This document shows positions 55,498-64,000 of a stretch of 64,000 nucleotides of DNA, piece by piece; within the stretch, counting starts at the first letter, position 1, and each line of letters opens with the position of its first letter. The stretch comes from a virus. The stretch covers positions 1-64,000 of the IMG/VR virus record IMGVR_UViG_3300009506_000003. One strand, written 5' to 3'. Position numbers and translations under genes: made by a program. The notes beneath the pieces were generated by a model, which did not search any database, was not told the DNA's origin, and worked only from the letters and a program-made list of their open reading frames with translations.

Positions 55498-56231
55498 AGG
55501 ATCTGCTTGAGGGTGAACTTCCTCACGATGTTCACCCCGTCATACTCCGTTTCGATCTCGTACTTGTGCAGCAACCCCACTGTCTCGTTTCCTCCTGGCA
55601 TCGTCGGAACATTCGCCGGTGAATCGAACACCCGTAATCTAGCAAATGTGAGCTGAGAGTTGCCATCGTAAACCTGCTCATCGAGGATCGCGTTCCGATG
55701 TAGCAAGCCAAGAACTCGAGTGAGGTCCGTCTTGATGGCACCGAGCTCCACACCAATAGAGACATTGCCGGCAGCGATGGCCCCTGCGATGGCTTCTAGG
55801 CTGTGCAGGGAGCGGTCGTACGTCTGACTCGCGTCCTTGTTGGCCAAGCGGTCCAGCACGCTGCCAATGGTTGGCGGCCATGTCGTAGCGAGAAGGTCGA
55901 GCTTCTGCGCCTGGCTCCGCGCGCCGGCGGCGATGTCTCTGGTGAGCTCGGACACGGACTCGTATCGCGCGAAGCGGATGTCGCCGCTGAAGATGATGTG
56001 AACATGGAGCTCGTAGAATCCGTCTGCACTGGGGGTGAAGACCGTCTTGTACTCGCCAGGGTCTCCTGTGGCGGGGGTGATGGTGACAGGAAGAGCTACT
56101 ACGGCACCGTCTCGGTACACCTTCGAGCTGAAGTCCCCAGGCAAAAGACCAGAGCGTTTCGATATTCCGTCATCCTCAAACGCCGGGAACTGGTCAATGA
56201 CTGGGGCTCCTGTTTCAACCTCACGAGTCAC
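55494..56231 (-). CDS. Hypothetical structural protein
   Basis: 245 aa; Ig-like N-terminus PGEYKTVFTPSADGFYEL. Confidence 0.6.
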   Translation of the reverse strand: MTREVETGAPVIDQFPAFEDDGISKRSGLLPGDFSSKVYRDGAVVALPVTITPATGDPGEYKTVFTPSADGFYELHVHIIFSGDIRFARYESVSELTRDIAAGARSQAQKLDLLATTWPPTIGSVLDRLANKDASQTYDRSLHSLEAIAGAIAAGNVSIGVELGAIKTDLTRVLGLLHRNAILDEQVYDGNSQLTFARLRVFDSPANVPTMPGGNETVGLLHKYEIETEYDGVNIVRKFTLKQIL

Positions 56232-56587
56232 TTCGCTTGATTCACCTTTGCCAGGGCCAGAGTCGTGTCACTCACAAAACCGTCCACGCAGTCCGTCAGG
56301 CTCTGCGAGGTTCGTTGAGCGATGGCTATGGCCTGTTTCACATGCTGTGTTTCCACTCCTCCGTTCCTTGCTGCTGCCTGCCGTATGAGCAACAGCTCGA
56401 GCTTCTCCTCCGTGATGACCCCCTTCTTCACCAAGAACTGCCCCAGCAGCTCCTCGACTTTCAGCTCTTGGAACTCTGAAAGCAGTCCTACGAGCTCGTC
56501 GTGGCGAAGAATCCCTTCTTTCAAAATGAGGTTCCCGAGACTGGTCTCGTCGCGGGAGGCTTGGGCTAGTACCTTGAGAGGCGGCAT
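56228..56587 (-). CDS. Stand-alone MshEN-like (c-di-GMP-receptor fold) protein
   Basis: AGGAG RBS and ATG 56587; tandem SLGNLILKEGILRHDELVGLLSEFQ and LLGQFLVKKGVITEEKLELLLIRQ. Confidence 0.75.
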   Translation of the reverse strand: MPPLKVLAQASRDETSLGNLILKEGILRHDELVGLLSEFQELKVEELLGQFLVKKGVITEEKLELLLIRQAAARNGGVETQHVKQAIAIAQRTSQSLTDCVDGFVSDTTLALAKVNQAK

Positions 56588-56595
56588 CTGAGCTC

Positions 56596-56856
56596 CTACA
56601 TCTTCTCGATCAGCTTCTCTACGACCGCCTTCAACGATTTGAATGCGTTCGCGTGAGTGAGGTCGGCTTCTATTCTTTTCTCTACGACTCGGAGCATCTC
56701 CTCGTTGACCCCCTTCTGGTCCTGGAGACGTTCGGCGTTGAGCTTCATGATGTGCTTCGCCAACCAGATGATCACCACTGTGTCGAGAGCGCTCAGGCCC
56801 CAACCTCCGTACTGTTGCAGGAGGTCTGCTATGCTTGTAACTGCTTCCATCGTCAC
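56596..56856 (-). CDS. Small TM plus coiled-coil protein (holin-like)
   Basis: LLQQYGGWGLSALDTVVIIWLA followed by a coiled coil. Confidence 0.55.
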   Translation of the reverse strand: MTMEAVTSIADLLQQYGGWGLSALDTVVIIWLAKHIMKLNAERLQDQKGVNEEMLRVVEKRIEADLTHANAFKSLKAVVEKLIEKM

Positions 56857-57252
56857 TCATCTTTTCCACACCACCAGTGGGTGTCCTTGAGGCCAGCTTT
56901 GGGGCCACAACAACCTCCCCAGAGGTACCCCAAGAACTGCCGGAAGAATAGGGAGAACGTCATATAAATCAACAACGTCCAGGACGATGGCAGCCGCAGC
57001 CACAGCAAACAGGATGGCAATGCGAATCCACATCCACTCGATTTTATCACGAGTGACCCAGAAAAGATGCCCCGTCAGAACTCCCCAAGCCAAGGGAATA
57101 GTCGCCCAGTCGAACGACCAGGTCTTGCCCCCAATACAGGATATGGTTGAGCACCCCTTTCCCCAAATGGCGGCAATGATGTCCCAAGCGATGATGACCG
57201 TCAGCGCAACGACCATGAACACCTGAGTAATGAGTGCGATTTTTTCCTTCAT
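56857..57252 (-). CDS. Multi-pass membrane protein
   Basis: About 4 hydrophobic helices; duplicated motif GVLTGHLFW / GVPLGRLLW. Confidence 0.65.
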   Translation of the reverse strand: MKEKIALITQVFMVVALTVIIAWDIIAAIWGKGCSTISCIGGKTWSFDWATIPLAWGVLTGHLFWVTRDKIEWMWIRIAILFAVAAAAIVLDVVDLYDVLPILPAVLGVPLGRLLWPQSWPQGHPLVVWKR

Positions 57253-57686
57253 CAGTGTCTCATCCTCAAAGTTGCGTAGACCTCCCTCGTCTCACCTCCG
57301 GCCTCTGCATGGTACTTCAATCGGAACTTGAACCCGGCCGGAAACGACACGGTGCTCTCAGAGATGATTGGGTCAATCTTCCCGCTGGGTGGGATGTAGA
57401 CCGTCTCTCCAAACGTTCCCAGAACGGCACCCTCGTAGGGAGATCCCTCTGGAGCTACGACTTGGAGCTCGATGTAGTCCCCCTTTGCGTTGTTTTTCAC
57501 TTCCACTGCTGCACCCTGCAGCTCTCTGGTCTCAGGAAGCACATGGTCTTCCGGCGTGTCTTGACCCGCAGGAGCGTCGAACTGGAGCCCCTTCACTAGC
57601 ATCTGCCGGCCACTCTTACCGGGGAGTTGAGTGACGTACTGGACACCCTCGTCTGTCTTCGGACAATCTCGGAGGTCTATGCTCAT
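57252..57686 (-). CDS. Hypothetical beta-rich structural protein
   Basis: GAGGAGGTG RBS; 144 aa. Confidence 0.6.
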   Translation of the reverse strand: MSIDLRDCPKTDEGVQYVTQLPGKSGRQMLVKGLQFDAPAGQDTPEDHVLPETRELQGAAVEVKNNAKGDYIELQVVAPEGSPYEGAVLGTFGETVYIPPSGKIDPIISESTVSFPAGFKFRLKYHAEAGGETREVYATLRMRH

Positions 57687-58702
57687 GCGCTTTCCACCTC
57701 CTCAACCCCGTAGTGGACAAACGCTCGAGCAGAGGCGAGTCCACTGAGATCGTCCTGGACCACAATCTCCAAAACGTCGTCATCTGTGATGACCACTGAG
57801 GCCAAACCAGGCTTGATCATGAACCCAATCAGGAGAGTGCTGTCGTTGAAAGTGACATCATCTTGGGGATGAAATCTGCCAAACAGGTCTGTGTTGTCTT
57901 TGCTGGTGATGGCCCACAAAACCTCACTCGTGGATAGTCTCCGATGGCGAAGAGTGAGTCCGTTCACCAGCGCCGAGACATTGGCGAAGCTGGTAGAGGT
58001 CCACCCGCCAGAGGCCCCGGAAAGTAGAAGCACGATCATCGAGACGTGTTGCTTCGTGTTGGCTGGGGCATCCACCTGAAAGATGTAGGGTCCACCACCG
58101 GCGCCGGCAGGGTTGATCTCGATGTCGTCCACGTAGAACCGCTCATACTTCGGGCCGTTCGATTGATACTGAATCTGGAGCTGGTCGACCAGTTGGCTTC
58201 CTGGAAGAGCGAAGTCGGATAGTGGAACCGTGATCTTCTGCCACACGTCGAGGTCCCAGTTGGGGACGTAGTTGTCGAGGATGACCAGTGTCCCTACGTT
58301 GGTTCCTCCATTGAACCAACGAAGACGTACCGTTGTTCCGGAGTCTTTCCTCTGAGGGTTTATCCACAAGGAGATCGAGTCGTAAGCCGCCTGGATGTCG
58401 AATGCAGTCCCGGTGACGAACGTCGTGGCATCACCGTTGGTGCGCTCTCCTGTATCCAAGCCGTTGGTGCCGCTATGCGCCGCATCAGTAGACTCCCCGT
58501 CGTTGTCCCCTCCCAGAGTCCAGTCTCCACCCGTGTCTCCTGCTCCAGTGCCGTTCCACACGATCAATGGAGTTCCACCTGGAAGACCATTGATGTTCAT
58601 CAGAGCAGTACCGTCGTCGGTTCTCAAGAACCGTGACTGGCCCAAAGTCCAGCCTGGCGGGGCGCTGAGAGGTATGCCTCCTGCTGATTTTGGAAATCCC
58701 AT
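57683..58702 (-). CDS. Virion protein with carbohydrate-binding-module-like domain
   Basis: TAATG-coupled start; YDSISLWIN...WQKITVPLSDF...FYVDDIEI. Confidence 0.65.
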   Translation of the reverse strand: MGFPKSAGGIPLSAPPGWTLGQSRFLRTDDGTALMNINGLPGGTPLIVWNGTGAGDTGGDWTLGGDNDGESTDAAHSGTNGLDTGERTNGDATTFVTGTAFDIQAAYDSISLWINPQRKDSGTTVRLRWFNGGTNVGTLVILDNYVPNWDLDVWQKITVPLSDFALPGSQLVDQLQIQYQSNGPKYERFYVDDIEINPAGAGGGPYIFQVDAPANTKQHVSMIVLLLSGASGGWTSTSFANVSALVNGLTLRHRRLSTSEVLWAITSKDNTDLFGRFHPQDDVTFNDSTLLIGFMIKPGLASVVITDDDVLEIVVQDDLSGLASARAFVHYGVEEVESA

Positions 58703-59592
58703 TAGGTCGGCTCCAAGATACCGAGGGCCGCAGCCTTCAGGTAGTAGCAACGATTGCTGGCAGAGAGGTCATCGCGCACTGTGATCCGGATCTTGTCTAC
58801 AGACCCGGCTCCCAACCGAATGACTCCTCCAAACTTCAAAGCGGCCTGGACGTAGTCCTTCGGGCCAGCGATCTCTATGGTCATGTCGGCAAAGGGGATC
58901 AAGAACCAGTCCTCGTTGGTGAGGAGGTTGCTGAGCTCGGTCTCGCTGCCCCCTGCGGTGATGGCAATCCTCAGGCCGTTTGTCAGCGGTGTCGTGGACC
59001 CAAAGTGATCGTCTCCCAGCGTCCAATCGGAGGCGGTCATGGTGAGGCGCAGCTCATAGAGCAGGATGTCGTCGTCAGGGTCAGCGTTGAAGTCAAAGTG
59101 AACTGGGGTGGTGGACCCATCCACTCGCATGGACGTGATGTCCCCTGGCCCCTTCAGGAAATCTCTTATGAGGGTGCCAAGGTCATCGGGAGCCCATGAG
59201 TCTAGGGCGTCCACCGACAGTCGGTTGTATCCGGCTATCTGCTTGGCAGAGATCATCCGGGCGTAGCCGTCTTTGTCCTTGCCGTGCGCAAGCAGACCTC
59301 GGGTATTGGCCGGTACCGCCAGCCCGTCTTCGACGGCCATGGCCTTGTCGTTGACGTCGTCGTAGAGGATGACGTGGTTGCCGTCCTCAGTCTCTCCAGG
59401 AGTGAGCTTCGCTTCGACCTTCAACCGGTGGACGGTACCGTCGTCGGCTATCTCAAACGTACGAGCATCGCCCGAGTCGTCCACACCGTGAGAGAGCACG
59501 CCTCGCGTATTGGCGGGGACTGCAACACCGTCCTGCACTTCCAGGGCTTTCCCAGAAGAGTCGTACAGTATGACCGCCGGAGATCGACTCAT
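58702..59592 (-). CDS. Virion protein with internal repeat; C-domain paralogous to 57683
   Basis: Two copies of VILYD...V.DG.AVPANTRG.L.HG; LTNGL...VRDDLS matches LVNGL...VQDDLS. Confidence 0.65.
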   Translation of the reverse strand: MSRSPAVILYDSSGKALEVQDGVAVPANTRGVLSHGVDDSGDARTFEIADDGTVHRLKVEAKLTPGETEDGNHVILYDDVNDKAMAVEDGLAVPANTRGLLAHGKDKDGYARMISAKQIAGYNRLSVDALDSWAPDDLGTLIRDFLKGPGDITSMRVDGSTTPVHFDFNADPDDDILLYELRLTMTASDWTLGDDHFGSTTPLTNGLRIAITAGGSETELSNLLTNEDWFLIPFADMTIEIAGPKDYVQAALKFGGVIRLGAGSVDKIRITVRDDLSASNRCYYLKAAALGILEPT

Positions 59593-60152
59593 GCCCATGT
59601 CCTCGTACGCGAGCTTTCGAACACGTTGCTCGTGTAGGTAATAGCATCAGTCAGCGTCACGAGGACAGTCGAACCATCCGTGTCGTACATCTTCCATACT
59701 TCTGTGGTGGGCATCTGGGCAGAGTTACGGGTGAGCGTTAGCTCGACGATCTTCTTCGCCTTCGTAGCGTCCTCATACCAGATGTAGCTGGTAGGGAATG
59801 GCCCCGCCGGCGTCGTCTCTTTGTACGAACCGCTCAAGACCCCGTCTGCGGGACCATCGTCGATGAAGTGGATGAGTTGACGAAGAGCTCTGTGCGCTGC
59901 CTCACTGATGCCCGAGCTGGCAGAGAGAAGCTCTGTTAGGGTGTACGCACCAGCGGCTGAATCCCAGAGCTTGAGCTCGCTATTGGTGCGCTCGAGGCCT
60001 ACGGCCTCATCGTTGCTGGTTGCGTTTTGAAGGACAATGCCACGGGCGTCTACGAAGTCCTCGTTAGGATTCAAAGACGTAGGGAAGTCATCTAGCTGGG
60101 TGCCAGGACCCGGCTTCTCCATTTTGAGAGGATGAACACGATCCCTAGCCAC
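59589..60152 (-). CDS. Putative structural protein
   Basis: GTG start with GAGGTG RBS; 187 aa. Confidence 0.6.
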   Translation of the reverse strand: MARDRVHPLKMEKPGPGTQLDDFPTSLNPNEDFVDARGIVLQNATSNDEAVGLERTNSELKLWDSAAGAYTLTELLSASSGISEAAHRALRQLIHFIDDGPADGVLSGSYKETTPAGPFPTSYIWYEDATKAKKIVELTLTRNSAQMPTTEVWKMYDTDGSTVLVTLTDAITYTSNVFESSRTRTWA

Positions 60153-60156
60153 AGTG

Positions 60157-60215
60157 GCACCTCACACCGGGGGGTAGCCGAAGCTACCCCCCAGCCGAAG
60201 AATCGGAGGAGGTGC
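60157..60215 (-). promoter_or_regulatory. Intergenic three-way-junction RNA that would sequester the downstream RBS
   Basis: mRNA reads GCACCTC-CT-CCGA(TTCT)TCGG-CT-GGGGGGTAGC(TTCG)GCTACCCCCC-GGTGT-GAGGTGC-CACT-GTG. Confidence 0.6.
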
Positions 60216-61892
60216 TTACGCCACTCGACCGAAGTCCTGAATCTCGACCCAGAGGTCAGACGCATTCTTGGCAAAGCCCATCTGGATGACGCGGTTACCG
60301 GAACCGGCCGGACGGGTGTTGGTCAGTCCACCGCCAGACGCCAGGTAGTACCTGTCCCCAGGAGTAGCCGATGACAAGACACCGGCTGCCACACCGATTG
60401 CCACCGTGGTGGCCGGGCTTCCAGGAGTGGCCTGGGCAGTGGTAGCCACCGCGAACGGCTTGGTCGTGGACAGCGTTGCAGCATCAGCCTTGGCGATCCG
60501 GTCGCCAGTCCCGGTCCAGTAAACCGGGTCACCGACTGCCACCGCCGAGTCGACGTCCCAGTCATCCTCGAACGACCCACCGAGACCAGAGTGCGTGTGC
60601 AGAGCATCAGCATTGCTGGCCGACCCAGCAGTCAAGGTGTTGAGGTTGGTAGCGGTGACGTTGGCACTGACTGCCACGTCGTTGATCTTGAAGAGCGACG
60701 GCAGCCCCACCACCTTGAGACCGTCGGCGTCGACGTCCAAAGTATCCGGGGTGTCATCGATCTCGATGGCCAAACCAGACGCGGTACGAATGATGCCTTG
60801 GGTTCCACTGACCAGAATTGCCAAGTCCCCAGACTCGAAGGTGAGCCCTGGGTTGGTGGTGGCCAAGTCCACCGCTACGCCGCTCGAAGTGAGCTCGATA
60901 CCAGCCGTGGTGTCCACATTGACCTGCAGGTCTCCGGACCCGTCGAACTCGAGGCCACCAACACCAGCGCCGGCGGCAGCGATGTCGACTCGGAGCACGC
61001 CACTGACGATGACGAGACCGTAGTCCTCATCCGCAGTGACCTTGCCCTTGATCCCACCACCGGAAGCGGACGTGGCGTCGGGTACCGTGCCCGCGCCGGA
61101 CATCTGTTGCCAGACGTTGTCAGAGTCATCCCACGAGTAGAGGATGTCCTGAATCCGGACGTAGTGGATCTCGCCGTCGATGAGGCTCGCAGCCTGACGC
61201 TGGATGCCGACACGGCCGTTTCCGGGATCCGAAGTGGTCGCCGTGCTCGACGTGTTGTTCGCGTAGTCGTAGTTCGGCGTGGTGCCATCACTGTACTCGA
61301 CCAACTGCAAGTTGGCCTGAGTAGTGAAGGTACCGTAGATACGCAGTGGGTACTGCGCTGCGGCCGTGGAGGCATCGGCGTAGATCATCACCACACCAGA
61401 GGTATTGATCTCGTCGAGCTCTTGGGTAGCGGTGGCTCCCCAAGCTGCAGAACCATCACCGTTCACCGCTGAAGCGAAGTTCTGCATGGTGTCCCAGACG
61501 GTAGCACCGATGGAGAACTGGACGTCGCCACCAGTCGCTGCACCGTAGGTGCGCGTCGTGGTCCCATCCGTGATGGAAATGGTGTCGCCACTCACGGGCT
61601 GATTGGCGAAGAAGAGAGCCATGGCAGCCAGGATGCCCTGGGAGTTGCTGAGCTGTGCGGCCCCCAACACCACTTCCTTCACGGTGCCGCCCGAAATGAC
61701 CGCGTCGTTGAGCTGCTGCAGAGTGACCGCGTCGGAAGGGTTTGTACCCGTTCCCATCCCGGTCACCTTGTTGGTCCCCATGGCGATGTTGCCGCCCATC
61801 GTGAGGCCGGCTAGCGTCATGGAGTCAGCGGTTGGGTCCATCTCCTGAGAGAACCCGTCCGACGACATGAAAAGCGGTTTACGTTCTGCCAT
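60216..61892 (-). CDS. Head/tail fibre-like protein with C-terminal DUF2190/capsid-cement-like domain
   Basis: MGTNKVTGMGTGTNPSDAVTLQQL; beta-spiral-like repeats; AVAVGDPVY...KADA...TPGDRYYL...IQMGFA. Confidence 0.65.
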   Translation of the reverse strand: MAERKPLFMSSDGFSQEMDPTADSMTLAGLTMGGNIAMGTNKVTGMGTGTNPSDAVTLQQLNDAVISGGTVKEVVLGAAQLSNSQGILAAMALFFANQPVSGDTISITDGTTTRTYGAATGGDVQFSIGATVWDTMQNFASAVNGDGSAAWGATATQELDEINTSGVVMIYADASTAAAQYPLRIYGTFTTQANLQLVEYSDGTTPNYDYANNTSSTATTSDPGNGRVGIQRQAASLIDGEIHYVRIQDILYSWDDSDNVWQQMSGAGTVPDATSASGGGIKGKVTADEDYGLVIVSGVLRVDIAAAGAGVGGLEFDGSGDLQVNVDTTAGIELTSSGVAVDLATTNPGLTFESGDLAILVSGTQGIIRTASGLAIEIDDTPDTLDVDADGLKVVGLPSLFKINDVAVSANVTATNLNTLTAGSASNADALHTHSGLGGSFEDDWDVDSAVAVGDPVYWTGTGDRIAKADAATLSTTKPFAVATTAQATPGSPATTVAIGVAAGVLSSATPGDRYYLASGGGLTNTRPAGSGNRVIQMGFAKNASDLWVEIQDFGRVA

Positions 61893-61907
61893 GGGTCACA
61901 CTCCTTG

Positions 61908-62342
61908 TTACGCCACTGGCTGCGAACCCGCAGCGTCGTCTGGCGGTTCAGTTATCCTGCCCGTCTCATCGTCGTAGGTGACCTTGTCGAGGTCCTCGAT
62001 TCCGTAGACGGACTGAATTGCGGATCTCACTTTGATGAGCTCAGACTTCCTCTCCGCAGTGAGATCGTCGAGCTGCTTCTTCTTCAACTGCATCTGAGCC
62101 AGCTTCTCATTGGCCTTGCGCTGGTACTCGGTAGCGTCGTGCCCCATGAGACGGGCTGCTTGCTCCGCGTTGACGAACTTGAACTGGGCGAGCTCGAGCA
62201 CCTGCATGTCCTGCTTGGAGAAGTGCTTCATCCCGTCGACCATGATGGGTCCTTTGAGCTCCACTCCACAGACAACGGAAACTGCTGGGTCTTTGGACCC
62301 GTTGCTCTTCGCTGCCACCTTCTTTTTTCGTCCTCTTGTCAT
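61908..62342 (-). CDS. Coiled-coil protein with basic N-terminus
   Basis: AAAGGGAGA RBS; 144 aa. Confidence 0.65.
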   Translation of the reverse strand: MTRGRKKKVAAKSNGSKDPAVSVVCGVELKGPIMVDGMKHFSKQDMQVLELAQFKFVNAEQAARLMGHDATEYQRKANEKLAQMQLKKKQLDDLTAERKSELIKVRSAIQSVYGIEDLDKVTYDDETGRITEPPDDAAGSQPVA

Positions 62343-62388
62343 TTTGGTCTCCCTTTAGGTTACCCCTGCTGAGTCAGCAAGGGAAGAT

Positions 62389-62823
62389 TTAGCCAAGCCT
62401 CTTGATGATCGAGTAGTCTGGGTTGACTAACACCCGGTCCGTGCTGATGGCAATCCCCATAGATTGTATGTATGCGAGCTCCCCAACCCCAGGCATGACC
62501 GGCAAATGGTTCAGTGTCCCATCCGAGTAGACGAACACCACCTTGCCTGGAGTGAGCCCCGACACGACGCCGATCATTTCTCCGCTGGCCTGAACGCGGC
62601 AGGTGGTCGGTGTTGGTTTCTCGATGATGATGCCCATGGCCGGCATCTTGAGCGCACCGTTCAAAGGGTCCGCAGTGCTCACCTGGTAGACGTCCCCACT
62701 TGCAGGGCCCGTAATGTAGACGCAGTTCCCGACTGCGTCGGAGGACAGACAGGTGGCGGCGAATCTTGTCCTGGGAAAGAGCTGGAACGCTCTCGCTATG
62801 GACAGTTGGTTCAGTAGATCCAT
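62389..62823 (-). CDS. DUF2190/capsid-cement-like small structural protein
   Basis: AVGNCVYI...AD...PAMGII...GLTPGKVVFV..DG...IQSMGIA; similar to the C-terminus of 60216. Confidence 0.6.
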   Translation of the reverse strand: MDLLNQLSIARAFQLFPRTRFAATCLSSDAVGNCVYITGPASGDVYQVSTADPLNGALKMPAMGIIIEKPTPTTCRVQASGEMIGVVSGLTPGKVVFVYSDGTLNHLPVMPGVGELAYIQSMGIAISTDRVLVNPDYSIIKRLG

Positions 62824-62839
62824 GGCCGCCTACCATCGC

Positions 62840-63091
62840 TCATCGCTCTTCGTCCGGACCAAACGCGATGAACTCATCGATCTCTGTCTGCAACAAAGAG
62901 GCGGCCTCGTCCAGAGCTGTTGTGCCAGCTTTGTCGGAGCCGGTGCGACCCTTGAGAACCGCTCGCATGAACTTGACCTCGTTCTCGAGGCGATCCTGCT
63001 CCTTCTTGCCCCAGTCCTTCACTGCATCGGACAGCGCCTGTAGGTTCTCGTCGCGTTCGTCCTTGGTGGGTGGTCTCTTTGAGCCTGCCAT
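62840..63091 (-). CDS. Small hypothetical protein
   Basis: GAGGA RBS; 83 aa, helical. Confidence 0.6.
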   Translation of the reverse strand: MAGSKRPPTKDERDENLQALSDAVKDWGKKEQDRLENEVKFMRAVLKGRTGSDKAGTTALDEAASLLQTEIDEFIAFGPDEER

Positions 63092-63098
63092 GCCGTCC

Positions 63099-63848
63099 TC
63101 AGTAGTACTTCTTGATCTTGTCAGTGATGGAGTTGCGCAGGCGAGACACCTTTGACGGGCTCATGTTCAACTGGCGGGCTATCTCTCCAGGGCGTAGTTG
63201 CTGCTTTCCTCCTTCTCCCGTCGTGTACTCCCATACCAAGAGCTCTTCCGGGGAGAGCTCGGGCTTGATGAACCGGGCAACCTCTGTTGCCCGAGACGGC
63301 ATGTTGGTAGCCGGGTCCAGCCCGAACGGTGTTGATGATGTGTAGAGTGCCTTCCTCGACTCAGACTGCGCGCGTTCTATCTCCGGTACCGACCACCCCA
63401 AGTACTCGGAGAGTTCCTGAGAAGTAGGCTCTCGACCATACTGGTCATCGAGCGTGGCGACAGCATTGTCGAACTTGCCCTTCTGAGCGCCCGTTCTGGT
63501 CTCTACGATTCGGGCAGGGTTCTGGTAAGTGGTCAGGAAGCGCTGTGGGGCTTTCTTCAAGTGGTTGCCCACCCAGGTGCCCAACTTCCCTTTGTCCGGG
63601 TCGAACGTTCGGAGAGCTCGAAGGAACTGTTTGTTGTGCTCCGCCTTGATGACCGCAGGCGGCATGTCGATACCCGACCACCGCCCAGTGTTCTGACGAA
63701 TCATCCCCCGGAACTGGTGCAGAAGAGGCCTCAGCTTATCGGGGTCCTCTTCGCTGTCCCTCCACTCGTTCCAGAGCTGGAGATCTTGGAGTTCACGCTC
63801 CTGTTTGGAGGCCTCCTTCTCCAGGTCAATGCTTGCAAGGCTCGACAA
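63099..63848 (-). CDS. Phage sigma-70-family factor (FliA/SigB/F-like architecture)
   Basis: Region 2 ALRTFDPDKGKLGTWV; region 3 GREPTSQELSEYLGWSVPEI; region 4 EIARQLNMSPSKVSRLR; TTG start with GGAGG RBS. Confidence 0.88.
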   Translation of the reverse strand: MSSLASIDLEKEASKQERELQDLQLWNEWRDSEEDPDKLRPLLHQFRGMIRQNTGRWSGIDMPPAVIKAEHNKQFLRALRTFDPDKGKLGTWVGNHLKKAPQRFLTTYQNPARIVETRTGAQKGKFDNAVATLDDQYGREPTSQELSEYLGWSVPEIERAQSESRKALYTSSTPFGLDPATNMPSRATEVARFIKPELSPEELLVWEYTTGEGGKQQLRPGEIARQLNMSPSKVSRLRNSITDKIKKYY

Positions 63849-63870
63849 GATGCCACCTCCGTAGCCCCTG

Positions 63871-63999
63871 CTACAAGCCGAGCACGCGGTCTACAACACC
63901 CGGGTCGTAGGTGTGGTCCTTCTCGGTGTGCTTCTTCCGAACGCCCTCAGTGTTGTCGAAGTGGGACTTCGTCTCTGCGTGCATGAGACCCCGAACTTT
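63871..63999 (-). CDS. C-terminal end of an upstream gene (partial)
   Basis: Frame open from the window edge: KVRGLMHAETKSHFDN...DRVLGL-stop. Confidence 0.4.
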   Translation of the reverse strand, partial: KVRGLMHAETKSHFDNTEGVRKKHTEKDHTYDPGVVDRVLGL

Positions 64000-64000
64000 G

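Larger units (their letters stand above)
1..64000. mobile_element. Segment of a large tailed dsDNA bacteriophage genome (probably contractile-tailed)
   Basis: Portal, baseplate J/gp6-like, gp25-like and tail-fibre genes plus a phage-type replication operon. Genes are densely packed with ATGA/TGATG overlaps and there are no cellular housekeeping operons. Confidence 0.95.

Noticed and set aside
56588-56908. N-terminal extension of the 226-aa ORF 56228-56908
   Set aside because: It overlaps the holin-like gene in another frame; the RBS supports a start at 56587.
60169-60192. UUCG hairpin as an intrinsic terminator
   Set aside because: There is no U-tract on either strand, and the hairpin is nested inside an RBS-pairing outer stem.
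1-64000. Stop-codon reassignment, or tRNA/rRNA genes
   Set aside because: TAA, TAG and TGA all end full-length genes at high coding density, and no cloverleaf or rRNA-like sequence was found by eye.

Overview
This GC-rich window is a segment of a large, apparently uncharacterised tailed dsDNA phage, probably a myovirus given the baseplate J/gp6-like and gp25-like genes. It has three blocks. (1) 1-5212 (-): a portal gene missed by the ORF track, plus Gly-zipper, KxA-motif proteins that are probably virion components. (2) 5329-23528 (+): a replication and recombination operon with an XRE regulator, SF2 helicase, family-4 UDG, DnaB, DnaG, a Cys-rich SSB-like protein, PolA, HU, RecA, Hjc-like and Cas4-like nucleases, a UvsY-like protein, RusA and a MazG-like protein. 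(3) 23494-64000 (-): membrane or lysis-like genes, tail fibre, very large baseplate proteins, fibre and decoration proteins, a stand-alone MshEN-like protein and a sigma-70-family factor. The strongest unexplained signal is at 21775-23191. One ORF there has an internal in-frame start and a canonical-looking -1 frameshift signal (GGGGGAA, 7-nt spacer, 10-bp hairpin or pseudoknot) that would add an unannotated 60-aa Rho_N/HeH-like domain ending just before the operon terminator. Other highlights are the MshEN-like protein, an RBS-sequestering three-way RNA junction, an EF-hand membrane protein, a counter-oriented leaderless Zn-finger gene and a shared RPTIK-type short motif. All calls are by-eye motif recognition; no database searches were run.
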